From contig CP070761.1 in NCBI GenBank assembly GCA_020348985.1, positions 830,324 to 894,323 of the forward strand: a stretch of DNA of 64,000 nucleotides, read 5' to 3'. A program made the position numbers and the translations under genes. The notes beneath the pieces are model-generated. The model searched no databases and was not told the DNA's origin. It worked only from the letters and a program-made list of their open reading frames with translations. The DNA is from Candidatus Thorarchaeota archaeon (GTDB taxonomy: Archaea > Asgardarchaeota > Thorarchaeia > Thorarchaeales > Thorarchaeaceae). Shown here one piece after another: positions 39,597 through 50,721 of this stretch; position 1 is the first letter of the stretch, and the number at the start of each line of letters is the position of its first letter.

Positions 39597-41732
39597 TTGA
39601 GAGGGAGTATCTCAAAAGGTGGGAGCGCTACGACTTCAGGAAAACATGGTAAAGCAAACCGTTTGATTGACGAAAAGAGCCCATATCTTCTCCAGCATGC
39701 CTACAATCCAGTAGAATGGTATGCATGGGGAGATGAGGCATTCAACCTAGCAAAGAAGAAGGACAAACCAATATTCGTCTCAATCGGGTACAGCACTTGC
39801 CACTGGTGCCATGTAATGGAAACCGAGTCATTTGAGGACGACGAAGTTGCCAGACTAATGAACGAGGCTTTCGTCAACATAAAAGTGGACCGAGAAGAAA
39901 GACCTGACATCGACAAAGTGTACATGTCTGTCGCACAGATGATGACCGGAAGAGGTGGCTGGCCGCTTACGATTATCATGACACCTGACAAGATTCCGTT
40001 CTTCGCGGCCACATACATTCCCAAAGATGACCGATACGGACAGCTGGGGATGCTGAGCCTTGTTCCGAGGGTGCAGGAATTGTGGACATCACAGAGAGAA
40101 GAAATCGAATCCACTGGCGTACAAATAGCTGCTTCACTTGGGCAAGTCGAGCAATCTGGGGATAGCTCGGAACTCATTGTTGACGACCTGGCCCACGGTT
40201 TCAACTTCCTCTCAGACAGGTTCGATATTGAACGGGGTGGCTTTGGTTCCTCTCCGAAGTTCCCTACGCCTCACAATCTGATGTTCTTGCTGCGCCACTG
40301 GAAAAGGACTGGGGATGAGTACGCACTCCGAATGGTGGTCAAGACTCTCAAGGAGATGAGAAAGGGAGGAATATTCGATCAGGTTGGGTTTGGATTTCAC
40401 AGATACTCAACTGACGCATCGTGGCTGCTTCCTCACTTCGAAAAGATGCTCTATGACCAGGCCATGTTGATTATGGCGTATTCCGAAGCATATCACGCAA
40501 CGGGAGACAAGGAGCTGGGTAGGGTTGTTGAGGAAGTCGTCACCTATGTTGAACGTGATTTGATGAGTCCAGATGGTGCATTCTACTCTGCAGAGGATGC
40601 AGATAGTGAAGGTGTTGAGGGCAAGTTCTACGTCTGGACAGAGAAGGACATCAGAGAAGCACTGGAAGATGATGAATTCGAAGTGTTCAGGGAGGTATTC
40701 AATATCCGACCAACGGGGAACTTTCACGATGAAGCAACAGGTGAACAATCAGAGTCGAACATTCCCCACATCACTCGCTCACTCTCTGCTTCGGCAAAAT
40801 CACTAGGATACGAATTGGAGCGTGTTGAGGAATTGGTAGAGTCCTCCAGATTGGCGCTCCTAGCCCAACGTGAGAAGAGAGTGAGGCCACATCTCGACGA
40901 CAAGATTCTGACCGATTGGAACGGGTTGATGATTGCGGCTCTCGCCAAGGCTTCAAGAATCACAGGAGTTGAGAGATATCTCAGACTCGCTGAACGAAGC
41001 CTTGATTTTGTCCTATCGACGCTTCGTGAGGATGGGCGCCTCTCGCATAGATACAGAGAAGGAGAGTCGGACATTCTTGCTTTCCTTGACGATTATGCGT
41101 TTCTAATCTGGGGATTGCTGGAGCTTTACGAGACCACTTTCAATCTGGAGTATCTCAAACTTGCAGTTGCACTGAATGATGAGATGTTGGAACATTTTTG
41201 GGATCCAGAAGGAAAGGGGCTGTTCTTCTCAGGGAATCTTGCAGAGAAGCTAATTGCCCGGAACAAAGATGCATATGATGGAGCCATTCCTTCGGGAAAT
41301 TCCGTTGCCATGTTCAATCTGATTAGACTCGCAAGACTCCTGGGTAGAAACGAGTATGAAGACAGAGCATTGGAGATCAGTCGCACCTTTTCTGCAACGG
41401 TCAGACGGGCTCCAGGAGGATTTACGATGATGCTGCTAGCCGCAGATTTCGCAATTGGACCTTCGTATGAGATTGTGATTGCAGGTGATCCAGGGAGCGA
41501 GGACACACGACTGATGATATCGACGGTGCGATCAGTTTTCCTTCCAAACAAAGTTGTATTGCTGCGGACAGGAGGAGAACAATCGAGACACGTGACGGAG
41601 CTGGCCTCGTACACGAAGTTCCACGAGCAGGTAGATGGGAAGGCAACTGCGCATGTATGCATAGACTATAATTGTAAACTGCCGACCACTGATGCATCCC
41701 ACATGTTGAATCTTCTCGGAATCACTAGATGA
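39597..41732 (+). CDS. YyaL/SPATA20-like thioredoxin + six-hairpin domain protein (DUF255)
   Basis: [48 protein letters not shown]. Confidence 0.95.
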   Translation: MRGSISKGGSATTSGKHGKANRLIDEKSPYLLQHAYNPVEWYAWGDEAFNLAKKKDKPIFVSIGYSTCHWCHVMETESFEDDEVARLMNEAFVNIKVDREERPDIDKVYMSVAQMMTGRGGWPLTIIMTPDKIPFFAATYIPKDDRYGQLGMLSLVPRVQELWTSQREEIESTGVQIAASLGQVEQSGDSSELIVDDLAHGFNFLSDRFDIERGGFGSSPKFPTPHNLMFLLRHWKRTGDEYALRMVVKTLKEMRKGGIFDQVGFGFHRYSTDASWLLPHFEKMLYDQAMLIMAYSEAYHATGDKELGRVVEEVVTYVERDLMSPDGAFYSAEDADSEGVEGKFYVWTEKDIREALEDDEFEVFREVFNIRPTGNFHDEATGEQSESNIPHITRSLSASAKSLGYELERVEELVESSRLALLAQREKRVRPHLDDKILTDWNGLMIAALAKASRITGVERYLRLAERSLDFVLSTLREDGRLSHRYREGESDILAFLDDYAFLIWGLLELYETTFNLEYLKLAVALNDEMLEHFWDPEGKGLFFSGNLAEKLIARNKDAYDGAIPSGNSVAMFNLIRLARLLGRNEYEDRALEISRTFSATVRRAPGGFTMMLLAADFAIGPSYEIVIAGDPGSEDTRLMISTVRSVFLPNKVVLLRTGGEQSRHVTELASYTKFHEQVDGKATAHVCIDYNCKLPTTDASHMLNLLGITR

Positions 41733-41847
41733 CAGCAACATGTGAGATTCAGATGATTCCATTGAAAGCGCCATCCACTAGGCTTATTTTGGAGGCGACG
41801 GCCGGACTTTAGGGGTCCCTCACTGGAACATCGGAGCAAATCACCGT

Positions 41848-44010
41848 ATGCTACTAATGAAAGGAAGCTTCATTGGTCTTACAATCTTTGCCCTGCTGGG
41901 CTTGATTACATCCGGCACATTGGTCACCTCGCCGGCAGTTTTCTTCGCAAAGACTCCTGCACAAAGTCTTGAGTTCTCTCAAGAGAACATCTACACCTTC
42001 TATCAAGGCGGCACTCTCGACTCAATTCAAGTGGTGAGATACGAAACTCTGTCAGACGCATTGGCCGCAGTCAATTCTGGCGATGCAGATCTGTTCGGAC
42101 ACCTGATAGAGCCTGAAGACTATGATCTAGTAGGGGGGTTTCCTGATCTCAATCTTCAGTGGGCACACGATACGAGAATAACGATGTTAGCCATCAATGC
42201 TGGATCTCATCTTCTCGGGAACTACCATTTGAGACGTGCAATAGCATTTGCAATTAACAAGACCGAATTGAGCTCAAACTCTATGAATGGAATTGTTGAC
42301 CCCGTGGACTTCCTGGTTCCTCTAAACAACGAGTTTTCCCCAGAGGAATCCGATGGAGGTCTCTTCTACGACTCCGACATTGGCCAAGCTCATGCTGAAC
42401 TTGCGGCAGCGGGGATGCTAGACGTGGACAGTGATGGTGTCGTAGAGGGTCCTGATGGCAGCGAATTCCAGTTCGGGCTGTGGTACCCCGAAGATGTTTC
42501 TGGATACAATGCGAGCGCTCAAGCTATCTCATCTGACCTTTTCAGTGTGGGAATAAACAATACTCTTGTTCCAATGAATTTCTCCACTCTTCAGAGTCAG
42601 ATTGGAAATCATACCCTGACGTATGACCTCGCATTGTATGAAGAAGAGCTTCCGAGGTACGGATTTGAGTGGGCTGCAACAACATTCGAATATGATCCCT
42701 GGCCCATTGATGGTAAGAATATAGCAAACGTGAACGATGAAGTTCTGAACTCGATAGCTACGGAATTCATTGCGTCTATTGACCTTGATGAAATCAAGTC
42801 AAACGCAAGAAATATGCTAGTCGCAGTGAGGGATAGGTGTCCCGTTATCCCGTTATTCGCCCACAGATGGCTTTCGGTTTACAATGATGTGAATTTCGAG
42901 GACTGGGTTGACGAAACAAACGGGGGGGCATTCAGTATCTGGAATCCAGTCAGCATCTCTGTGCGTCCTGGTGCCGAGAACGAACTGGTCGTTGCAGTCC
43001 TTTCGGACTTCTTCAATGACTTCTTCACATCTCTCAATCCCTTTGGATCGGGTACTGCTGTAGATCAAGACTGGCTTATCAAACAGTTCAATCCTTACAT
43101 GCTTGTCTACGATTCGCCACTTGCCACAATGCCCGATGGGACAGCAGTTCCGAGGCACGCAACTTCCTGGGAGATGCTCTTTCTCGGTCAAGTGTCAGAT
43201 CTAGCCGCACATCAAACACGCGCTCGTTTCTATTGCGACTCACAAGCCACTTGGACCGATGGCGTTCAGATGAACGCAGAAGACTACAGGTTTACCTATG
43301 AGTTCTATGCAAACAATTCCCTCGTAGAGAATCCAACGCTAATAGAAGAGGTCAAAGTAACTGGGGACTACATCGCAGGAGTCACATACAACACAAGAGA
43401 CATCTTCTCCTATCGAATTCTGGGTTCGCTGCCTATTCTTCCTCAACACATTTGGGAGGGTATGGACCCAGAGACCTGGTCTCCAACAGTACAGGACTCT
43501 TTGGGTTCAGGACCATTCACAATAACTGCATTCACCTCTAATTCCTCACTGACAATGTCCAGAAACAACCAATACTACCCAGAGGCAGACACGAGTCCGC
43601 CAACACTACTGGGTATCACAATCATTCCCGAGAATCCGATTCCAGCTGATAGTGTTGTGTTTCGTGTCTTCGTTGATGACAGGAGTAGAGTATCAAATGT
43701 GACTCTCGATTATGTGTATAGCATTGGACAAATAAACTTCACAGAATCGCAACTAATGATTTTAGGTGCCCAGGGTTACGAAGCAACAATCCCGGCAAGA
43801 GTAACTGCGAATGCAGTGACATACGAGATTACTGCTACAGATTTCTGGGGTAACAGCGCAGTGATAGCAGAAGGCTCCTACAGTAGACAAACAACAAGCG
43901 TGCCTGGCGGCCTTGAACAGCTGACACCTTATTTTGTTGGCATATCCCTTGTTCTGGCCGTTCTGGCAATCGTAGTAATGGTCGTAATCTATCGGGAATT
44001 AGGGTCATAA
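41848..44010 (+). CDS. ABC peptide-binding (SBP family 5)-like surface protein with C-terminal anchor
   Basis: LRRAIAFAINK, WTDG..MNAEDYRFTY, LPILPQHIW, GSGPF; signal peptide and C-terminal TM. Confidence 0.75.
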   Translation: MLLMKGSFIGLTIFALLGLITSGTLVTSPAVFFAKTPAQSLEFSQENIYTFYQGGTLDSIQVVRYETLSDALAAVNSGDADLFGHLIEPEDYDLVGGFPDLNLQWAHDTRITMLAINAGSHLLGNYHLRRAIAFAINKTELSSNSMNGIVDPVDFLVPLNNEFSPEESDGGLFYDSDIGQAHAELAAAGMLDVDSDGVVEGPDGSEFQFGLWYPEDVSGYNASAQAISSDLFSVGINNTLVPMNFSTLQSQIGNHTLTYDLALYEEELPRYGFEWAATTFEYDPWPIDGKNIANVNDEVLNSIATEFIASIDLDEIKSNARNMLVAVRDRCPVIPLFAHRWLSVYNDVNFEDWVDETNGGAFSIWNPVSISVRPGAENELVVAVLSDFFNDFFTSLNPFGSGTAVDQDWLIKQFNPYMLVYDSPLATMPDGTAVPRHATSWEMLFLGQVSDLAAHQTRARFYCDSQATWTDGVQMNAEDYRFTYEFYANNSLVENPTLIEEVKVTGDYIAGVTYNTRDIFSYRILGSLPILPQHIWEGMDPETWSPTVQDSLGSGPFTITAFTSNSSLTMSRNNQYYPEADTSPPTLLGITIIPENPIPADSVVFRVFVDDRSRVSNVTLDYVYSIGQINFTESQLMILGAQGYEATIPARVTANAVTYEITATDFWGNSAVIAEGSYSRQTTSVPGGLEQLTPYFVGISLVLAVLAIVVMVVIYRELGS

Positions 44011-44011
44011 T

Positions 44012-45559
44012 CTATTGGGAAGGACGTCGCCTCACGACCATGATGACAAGAAGAACCAGTCCGACAACGCCAACTCCAGCAACCAAAAGCAAGGGTCCAT
44101 ACAAAGTAATTGGGTTTGAAGGCCAGATTGACTCAAGCTCGTTTCCTGCGGCCAACCAAGAGTCAGCGATACCAAGAAGATGGTTTGATATGATGTCCAG
44201 TTCAGCCGTGAATTGCTCAAGTGTTTCACCTAGTGGGTCTTCAGAAGAGCCAGCCTCCACAGTGGCATTGAACTCCTCTGCGATATCAAAAAACGTCCCG
44301 AATACTAACGAGTCACGTTCTGAAATGCCCCCTGGATTCACAAGGCTTCTATTGTCGGCCATTGCTACAAAGTGTGGCAATGCCTCTTCGCCAGCCGCGA
44401 TGAACTCAGACAAATCATAGTCCGGCATTAGAGTCTGAATTGATTCCAGTGCTGCTCTGTAAGAGAGATACTGAAGGGTCAACTGAGCCTCCAGACCGAT
44501 TCCAATGGCCACAAAGGCTATCGCAAGAAACTCTTCAGGATTCTCCCAGGACCAAAACTGGGACAAGTACTCTTCAAGTCCAGCAGATGTCATGTCGGAA
44601 CTTAGGGCACGAAATCCAGTCTCTCCGAAAGAGCCAATCAATGCGTCCGGGCTGTCGGGGGCGTAGGTCTGGGGATTGCCCAACAATCGGTCTCTTATGG
44701 CTGGTCCAAGTATGGAACCCACGTCCTCAGGTCCTTCTCCATTCTGTCGGATTTCCAGAGTTATGTAGTATCTGTTCGCCCAAGCACTATTCAATGCCGT
44801 ATAGGTTATCTCCGAGTAGTTGCCTCTTCCATCATCAGGATAGCCAAATTCTTCTCCAAATGAACCAACACCAGGGTCGGATATGTAGGCGATTCCTAAT
44901 GTTTTGTTGTAACCCACCACAACTACGCCGTGTCCGCCTCCCGTGATTCCTTGTTCTCTGAGAATATCATAGTCGTCAGCCGGTAGCCAAGCAGGGTCGA
45001 CGCTAATCACAAGTGGATATCCATTGTCGATCGATTCTTCTATCAAGCTAAAGGCATCGTTCTCTCCGTCAAGCAAGCCTACATTTACTCCCCAGGATTC
45101 GTATACGTCTATGACGTTCCCGATGCCAGGAGAATCACTGGACAGATACAGGGTGAGATTCAGGCCATAGAGTTGCGACAGTAGAAGTGTTGATCCAAGC
45201 TGGTCATAAAGTGCACCCGGAAGCATAGTCAACGTCTCTTGGTAGTTGAAGTAGGCCCATGAGAACCCTATCGTTGATGCCGCGAAGACGTCATGAAGGT
45301 CCAAAGGAACACCGGCATGTTGAACCACCATAGAAGTTGCGGCCCATGCGCAGAACCCGTTAATCTCTTGCCATACGTATGGAACATCCTGAAGGACAAT
45401 GGCACCGTCAGCTGCGATGGAATTGGTCGTTGATCCTACGCTAGCAGCTGAAGAGGTTGTCGACAAGGGTCTCGGCGAGACCACCAATATCATGAACAGA
45501 ATTGCGGCAACTCTGAGAGACCTCAATGTGCTTCTTGTCCCTTGTCTTGTCAACATCAT
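44012..45559 (-). CDS. Membrane-anchored C39/papain-like peptidase domain protein
   Basis: VPYVWQ..GFCAWAATSM, GHGVVVVGY, ISDPG; C-terminal TM. Confidence 0.8.
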   Translation of the reverse strand: MMLTRQGTRSTLRSLRVAAILFMILVVSPRPLSTTSSAASVGSTTNSIAADGAIVLQDVPYVWQEINGFCAWAATSMVVQHAGVPLDLHDVFAASTIGFSWAYFNYQETLTMLPGALYDQLGSTLLLSQLYGLNLTLYLSSDSPGIGNVIDVYESWGVNVGLLDGENDAFSLIEESIDNGYPLVISVDPAWLPADDYDILREQGITGGGHGVVVVGYNKTLGIAYISDPGVGSFGEEFGYPDDGRGNYSEITYTALNSAWANRYYITLEIRQNGEGPEDVGSILGPAIRDRLLGNPQTYAPDSPDALIGSFGETGFRALSSDMTSAGLEEYLSQFWSWENPEEFLAIAFVAIGIGLEAQLTLQYLSYRAALESIQTLMPDYDLSEFIAAGEEALPHFVAMADNRSLVNPGGISERDSLVFGTFFDIAEEFNATVEAGSSEDPLGETLEQFTAELDIISNHLLGIADSWLAAGNELESIWPSNPITLYGPLLLVAGVGVVGLVLLVIMVVRRRPSQ

Positions 45560-45582
45560 ATAGAACTGTCGATGGAGGCGTG

Positions 45583-45607
45583 GACCGTCCAGTCATACTG
45601 GACGGTC
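45583..45607. repeat. Perfect 11-bp inverted repeat (hairpin or operator)
   Basis: GACCGTCCAGT-CAT-ACTGGACGGTC between two co-oriented genes. Confidence 0.7.
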
Positions 45608-45616
45608 ACTTTCAGG

Positions 45617-47860
45617 CTAATGAAGGTCGAATCTTGACGAATCTGCTACCTCAATGGCAAGAGCGCCATTACCCAAACTGGCAACGAAGCTGCTCGTCCA
45701 CTCAGGCATTGCCGGCTCCGACCCTTCTTCCAATATAGCCTGCCAAGCCTCGTCTGTTAGTCTATCACTCATGGGTTGCGCAAACTCGTAGTAGGAAAAT
45801 GTGCCGCCTCTTGTCAAGACGACTTCACCATTTATGAGGACGGCTACATAGATGAGCATCGGGTAACCGACCGCCTCCTCAAGTACTGTTCCAGAGTTAG
45901 CATCAGTATGGACATCCGCGATGACTGCCATACTATCGTCGGCATCTGAAGTAATCTGCTCATCATTAGGCATGGTTACAATCTCACTAAGGATCATTCC
46001 ACTGTTCTCAATCAAGCCAACCTCTGTTTCATTGAGTGATTGGCCAGTTAGTTCCTTTATGGAGATCTCACGCAGTGACTCCAGAAAATGAAGCAGAGTT
46101 GCGAGTCTGAGTGCAATGACTTCTGAGAGGAGAGATCTCTCATCAAGACCGTCAATCATCATACTGCACAAGGATGCCAATCTTCCATAGACATGGGGCA
46201 CAGGTTCCACGTAACCCTGACCTGGAGAGGGTGGAACAGACGTCTCGTAAGTGTAGGACTGTTTTGCATATAGAATGGTGTCGTGACGCAGTTCGGCCCA
46301 TGAACCTAGGGCGGTCATTAACTGCTTGTCAACCCAGGCCTCACTTTGCATGAATAACGGGTAGCCTTCTCCAGGATCACTTAGAAGAGGGAGCAAACTA
46401 TAGAGCCAAAGATAGTAGAGATTTTTGGTCCATTCGGCGACCGTGATGTTTTCAACCATATCCCAAAGCATTTCCATTTGCTCAACATAGTTGGGATAGT
46501 GTTTCTGATCGTCCAGAAGCTCCCAAGCCCTATCGGAGCCGAGAGCAGCCATTACATCAAGTCCTTTTGGCATCATTCTTCCCCCAACATGCTCGAAGAC
46601 TAGTTGACCCAGAATGTAGCTGTCAGGAATGAAGCGCTGACCCATGAATCGAAGTCCCTTGGTTTTGTTGAGACCTTCTCCTGCGGCAAGACTCGTTGAC
46701 AGAATCGTTGGATCTCTTAATAGGACTGCAGCCTCAATGAATTCAGAGAGAAGCTGATCATTGTCCAATGCAGTGAGCACAACTTCTGTCCCATATATAT
46801 CGGCAATGAGATTCAAATACTCAGTCGGTAGCAAGTCGTCGGCATCTCCGACAAAGAAGACAGTGGGTTGATAGACTGCCTCCCACACTTCATAACCAGT
46901 GACTCCTGGCGGAAGAGTATCTATCTCGTCTTGAAGTGCCAACGTAACTAGTATTGCCTGTGCGGTCTCGTCAAATCCCTTTGGATTAGGTGACAGGATA
47001 CCATCCGGGATGAGACGGAACACAATCCGTCCGTACCACATCAGAGCCTTGAAGTATCTTTCCAAGAGCTCGCTTCTCGTGTAGTGACCTCTCGGCACGT
47101 ACTGGCTGAAATCTTCGTCATAGCCCATGAACCATTCATTGGATATTCCAGCATGAGCGTCAATCAAGGAGATTACTTCATCGACGAGCTCAATCACTTC
47201 TGAGGGGATTGTGGCATCATCATCTAGCAGTTTCAGAGTAACCGAAAAGTATGCCACATTTCGAAGAGCTGCATCACTCCATCGTCCTTCTGGGGCGCCT
47301 AGGTACTGCTCATAGGATGATTCCAGCATGGAAACCGTAAGATTCCCAATGAGATCCCAGAATGAATACACCTCAACTTCTCGCAATGCAAGATCATACA
47401 ACACATGAAACGCATGCAATACCGCATCTGACGACACGAATGATGGGAACAGACTGTCATTGTTGTCTTCAAGGATTTCGTGAATCTGCTTGAACTGGAA
47501 CTGCGGCACTGCAGCAAATCCGTTTTGCTCAATCAGTGTTATCACCGAGGTTCCTAACGCAGGATAAGAAGCGAGATTGACTACGTTCGATAGCCCAGGG
47601 GATACTGAGTATTCAGGAGCATTGGGGGTGATATCCTCATCATACGGAACGAAGTCTGCAAAACTGGTTGGCACAATCGTGTCTATGGTATAGAATGGAA
47701 CGTTCGGGTGACCATCAGGGATAATCCCTGGTGGGAAGCCACCAAGAAGAAAAAGGCTCATCACCAGACTGGTAGCAAGAATCCCAGAGATTAGTCCACT
47801 CGCAACCATTTTGCTCTTCGTTTGTGTATCAATTGTCTTGATTATCCGGTGCGGCATCAT
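45617..47860 (-). CDS. DUF3160 family surface protein
   Basis: SDAVLHAFH, DFSQYVPRGHYT, FMGQRFIPDS, GSWAELRHDTILYAKQ, ADVHT, GGTFSYYEF; start trimmed to MMPH. Confidence 0.88.
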   Translation of the reverse strand: MMPHRIIKTIDTQTKSKMVASGLISGILATSLVMSLFLLGGFPPGIIPDGHPNVPFYTIDTIVPTSFADFVPYDEDITPNAPEYSVSPGLSNVVNLASYPALGTSVITLIEQNGFAAVPQFQFKQIHEILEDNNDSLFPSFVSSDAVLHAFHVLYDLALREVEVYSFWDLIGNLTVSMLESSYEQYLGAPEGRWSDAALRNVAYFSVTLKLLDDDATIPSEVIELVDEVISLIDAHAGISNEWFMGYDEDFSQYVPRGHYTRSELLERYFKALMWYGRIVFRLIPDGILSPNPKGFDETAQAILVTLALQDEIDTLPPGVTGYEVWEAVYQPTVFFVGDADDLLPTEYLNLIADIYGTEVVLTALDNDQLLSEFIEAAVLLRDPTILSTSLAAGEGLNKTKGLRFMGQRFIPDSYILGQLVFEHVGGRMMPKGLDVMAALGSDRAWELLDDQKHYPNYVEQMEMLWDMVENITVAEWTKNLYYLWLYSLLPLLSDPGEGYPLFMQSEAWVDKQLMTALGSWAELRHDTILYAKQSYTYETSVPPSPGQGYVEPVPHVYGRLASLCSMMIDGLDERSLLSEVIALRLATLLHFLESLREISIKELTGQSLNETEVGLIENSGMILSEIVTMPNDEQITSDADDSMAVIADVHTDANSGTVLEEAVGYPMLIYVAVLINGEVVLTRGGTFSYYEFAQPMSDRLTDEAWQAILEEGSEPAMPEWTSSFVASLGNGALAIEVADSSRFDLH

Positions 47861-48038
47861 ACTTTCAGAAGAGTACAGATTGTACTTAGTACCATAGTTT
47901 AGAACGACCAAGGCGGAATTGGCCAGGCGATTGAGGGCGGCTGTCCATAGATTAGAACAGGCAACTCTGGGCAACAGTTTACAGCGAAGGATAATGTTAA
48001 TTGGTCGGGCAAATGGTCACAGCGTGGGGAGACTCGAC

Positions 48039-48491
48039 TTGTCCCAGAGCTCAGATGACGAAGATCTTGAACCAGCCCTCAGAGGCACCACCCTACGCGT
48101 ATACTGGTTCATGCTCCAAGAGGGAAATCCGGTCGGTGTTCGTCAGGTTCAGAGAGCGCTCGGCATGTCAAGCCCCTCAGTAGCGAGTCATCATCTGTCC
48201 AAGCTCGAATCACTTGAGTTAGTGGAGAAAGGACCTGACAATTCCTACGAGCTAAAGAGAATTGTGAAGGTAGGAGTCCTCAAGAACTTCGTCACATTTC
48301 GGGGAGTGATGCTCCCTAGGTATGCATTCTTTGCTGTGTTTTTCACTGCATTTACAACGGCATATCTTGTCATTGCATCTATGACCTCAGTTACTTTGTT
48401 TGACCGGTACGTTGCAATGGCTGTGGGTATAGCGGGCGCCGTTTTTGGTTGGCTTGAGACCTATCGACTATGGAAGCTGAAATTCGCCTAA
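48039..48491 (+). CDS. Winged-HTH regulator with two C-terminal TMs
   Basis: LRGTTLRVYW..VGVRQVQRALGMSSPSVASHHLSKL; likely TTG start at 48039. Confidence 0.8.
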   Translation: MSQSSDDEDLEPALRGTTLRVYWFMLQEGNPVGVRQVQRALGMSSPSVASHHLSKLESLELVEKGPDNSYELKRIVKVGVLKNFVTFRGVMLPRYAFFAVFFTAFTTAYLVIASMTSVTLFDRYVAMAVGIAGAVFGWLETYRLWKLKFA

Positions 48492-48569
48492 TGCGGCCTT
48501 TGGAGGATAGGACCTGGAGAGCAATCTTTATTCGCATTATAGCCTGACGCTTTCGAAGCCAGAGGTAGA

Positions 48570-49655
48570 ATGATGAACTACCACCTAGTCTTGACAAGGA
48601 GATGCAATCTGAACTGCTCCTATTGTCGAGGCGGCGAGGAAGATGGCCCTAATTCCGATATTCAGTACTCGTTGGATGATCTCAAACGGTTTCTACAGAC
48701 GGACCGTAATTTGCAGATTATGTTCTACGGTGGTGAGCCCACCCTCCGCATTCCGCTCATGCTAGACATTATGGGCCGGTTTGACGGCGCAAGGTTCATG
48801 CTACAGACAAACGCACTACTCCTGAACAAGATTCCGTTTGACCATGTGAAGAAGTTTCATTCAATTCTAGTATCGATTGACGGTCCAAGAGGAACAACGG
48901 ATGGATACAGATCTGCCGGCGTCTATGATAGAGTTGTAGGAAACGTACGATGGCTTAGGTCAAACGGATTCGAAGGTGACATTATTGCACGGATGGCGAT
49001 ATCAGAGCAAAGCGATGTCTATCGAGATGTGAGGCACCTCTTGGATCTGACGGACCCGTCTTTCGATCATGTCCATTGGCAGCTAAACGTTGTGTGGGAT
49101 GCAGAGGACAACTGGACCGATTTCGATGGTTGGATTCGCACAGTCTACAAACCGGGGATAGAAAGGCTAGCCAGAGAATGGGTTGAAAGGATGGAATTTG
49201 GAATAGTCGAAGGGATTGTCCCCTTCTTGCCCATTATGCATGGTCTTCTGACAGGAGAAAGCTCAGGTCTCAGGTGTGGGTCTGGGATTGACACTTTCGC
49301 GATCCATGTAGATGGACGAATAGGAGTGTGCCCAATATCACCGGATTGGGACTTTTCCATTGTAGGTGACATTTGGGAATCCAGTCCTGCAGATCTGAAG
49401 GACACGATGTCAGTGGATGAGCCGTGTCCGAGCTGCGGCGAATTCGAATTATGCGGAGGTAGGTGTCTCTTTGCCAACAAGGAAAGACTCTGGGGAGAGG
49501 AGGGCTTCAAGAAAGTCTGCGGAACTGTGGAGCACCTCATAGGTCGCTTGAGGAGTAAGGTTCCTAAGGTCCAGAGCTTCATTGACGATGGGCGCATTTC
49601 TCTTCAAGACTTCAGCTACCCAGAATTCAATAACGGCTGCGAGATTGTGCCATAG
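48570..49655 (+). CDS. Radical SAM/SPASM protein, archaeal AF_0577-like
   Basis: CNLNCSYC, YGGEP, SIDG, CGSG...CP, CPSC....CGGRC, C-terminal NNGCEIVP. Confidence 0.88.
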   Translation: MMNYHLVLTRRCNLNCSYCRGGEEDGPNSDIQYSLDDLKRFLQTDRNLQIMFYGGEPTLRIPLMLDIMGRFDGARFMLQTNALLLNKIPFDHVKKFHSILVSIDGPRGTTDGYRSAGVYDRVVGNVRWLRSNGFEGDIIARMAISEQSDVYRDVRHLLDLTDPSFDHVHWQLNVVWDAEDNWTDFDGWIRTVYKPGIERLAREWVERMEFGIVEGIVPFLPIMHGLLTGESSGLRCGSGIDTFAIHVDGRIGVCPISPDWDFSIVGDIWESSPADLKDTMSVDEPCPSCGEFELCGGRCLFANKERLWGEEGFKKVCGTVEHLIGRLRSKVPKVQSFIDDGRISLQDFSYPEFNNGCEIVP

Positions 49656-49669
49656 TAAGGATAAGTCTT

Positions 49670-50224
49670 CTAGAGGTCTTCTTCTTCAACAACCTCAGGT
49701 TCTCGTAGGTCCTTCATCATGACGATGATCTCTTCCTTATTTCGCTTCAAACGTTTGGTCTCAACGTATCCTAGTCTCTGGAAGAAAGTTCCCTGATACT
49801 CAATGTATCCGTAGACCTCAATCTCAACGCAAGTTGCATTCATGTGCTCAAGTAGATTTTCAGCATATTCAACCATTAGCGTTCCTATGCTCCTCTTACG
49901 AAACTTCGATCTGACAGCAAGTCTTTCGATGACCCCTACGGTTCCACTCATGCTAACCCTCATAGTTCCTACAACAAGTTCGCCAACGAGAGCCACGTAG
50001 ATGTTGCCCATCTGGATGTGTCTCGAAATCTTCCCAAGTCCTTCATCTAGTGCGGCCGGAGTCCTAGAGAGCCTTTTCTTGACTGGTTTGTAGGCTTCGG
50101 CAATGATGGACTTGACTAGGTCCACCTCTCCGAGCTCTGCTCTCCTAATTGTGACTTCGGCGTAATTGTAAATTGGGTGAACCCCCTGAATCGCACTTCT
50201 CCAGTGTATGTCGCAAATCATCAT
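49670..50224 (-). CDS. GNAT acetyltransferase (true start probably downstream of 50224)
   Basis: RLAVRSKFRKRSIG, FFQRLGY. Confidence 0.85.
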   Translation of the reverse strand: MMICDIHWRSAIQGVHPIYNYAEVTIRRAELGEVDLVKSIIAEAYKPVKKRLSRTPAALDEGLGKISRHIQMGNIYVALVGELVVGTMRVSMSGTVGVIERLAVRSKFRKRSIGTLMVEYAENLLEHMNATCVEIEVYGYIEYQGTFFQRLGYVETKRLKRNKEEIIVMMKDLREPEVVEEEDL

Positions 50225-50387
50225 AAATGATTTGGGCGCGGCACAAGTGGGCAGTTCAGGTCATCGATGTTTGGTAGATGGCACTCTCGTAGCCAGAATC
50301 CATGGCCAAGAAAGCCGTAAGTACGACTAGCCAACACTTATGTCTGTGTCTGCAAAACACATTGTTGTTTACCGAGGAGGTAGGCCT

Positions 50388-50537
50388 ATGGGAGAAGAAG
50401 AAAATGATGATGAAGTTGTAGATTCTCAGAAGATGAGCTCACGTGACAAGAAAGAGCTTCAAGAAGGGCTCTGCGTCAATTGTGCAATTGTGTCTGTGGT
50501 TCTCTCATTCCTGCTTACGCTTCTTATGGTTCTTTGA
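50388..50537 (+). CDS. Small tail-anchored membrane protein
   Basis: GGAGG SD, then MGEEENDDE...; C-terminal hydrophobic helix. Confidence 0.55.
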   Translation: MGEEENDDEVVDSQKMSSRDKKELQEGLCVNCAIVSVVLSFLLTLLMVL

Positions 50538-50721
50538 CATAGGGAGACTTGTGCCCCGAGTGCTGTTCCACCTTTAATACTTGAAACAGAGGAAGAGAAA
50601 GCAAGACAGGCACAATCAAGAAAGAGAAGGGAGGAGGGTCTTTAGAAGCGAGATTTGGGACCCATTGAATGGTAGTTGCATTATCCAATCAGAGTGTACC
50701 ACTTCTAGGTGGTTATGGTCA

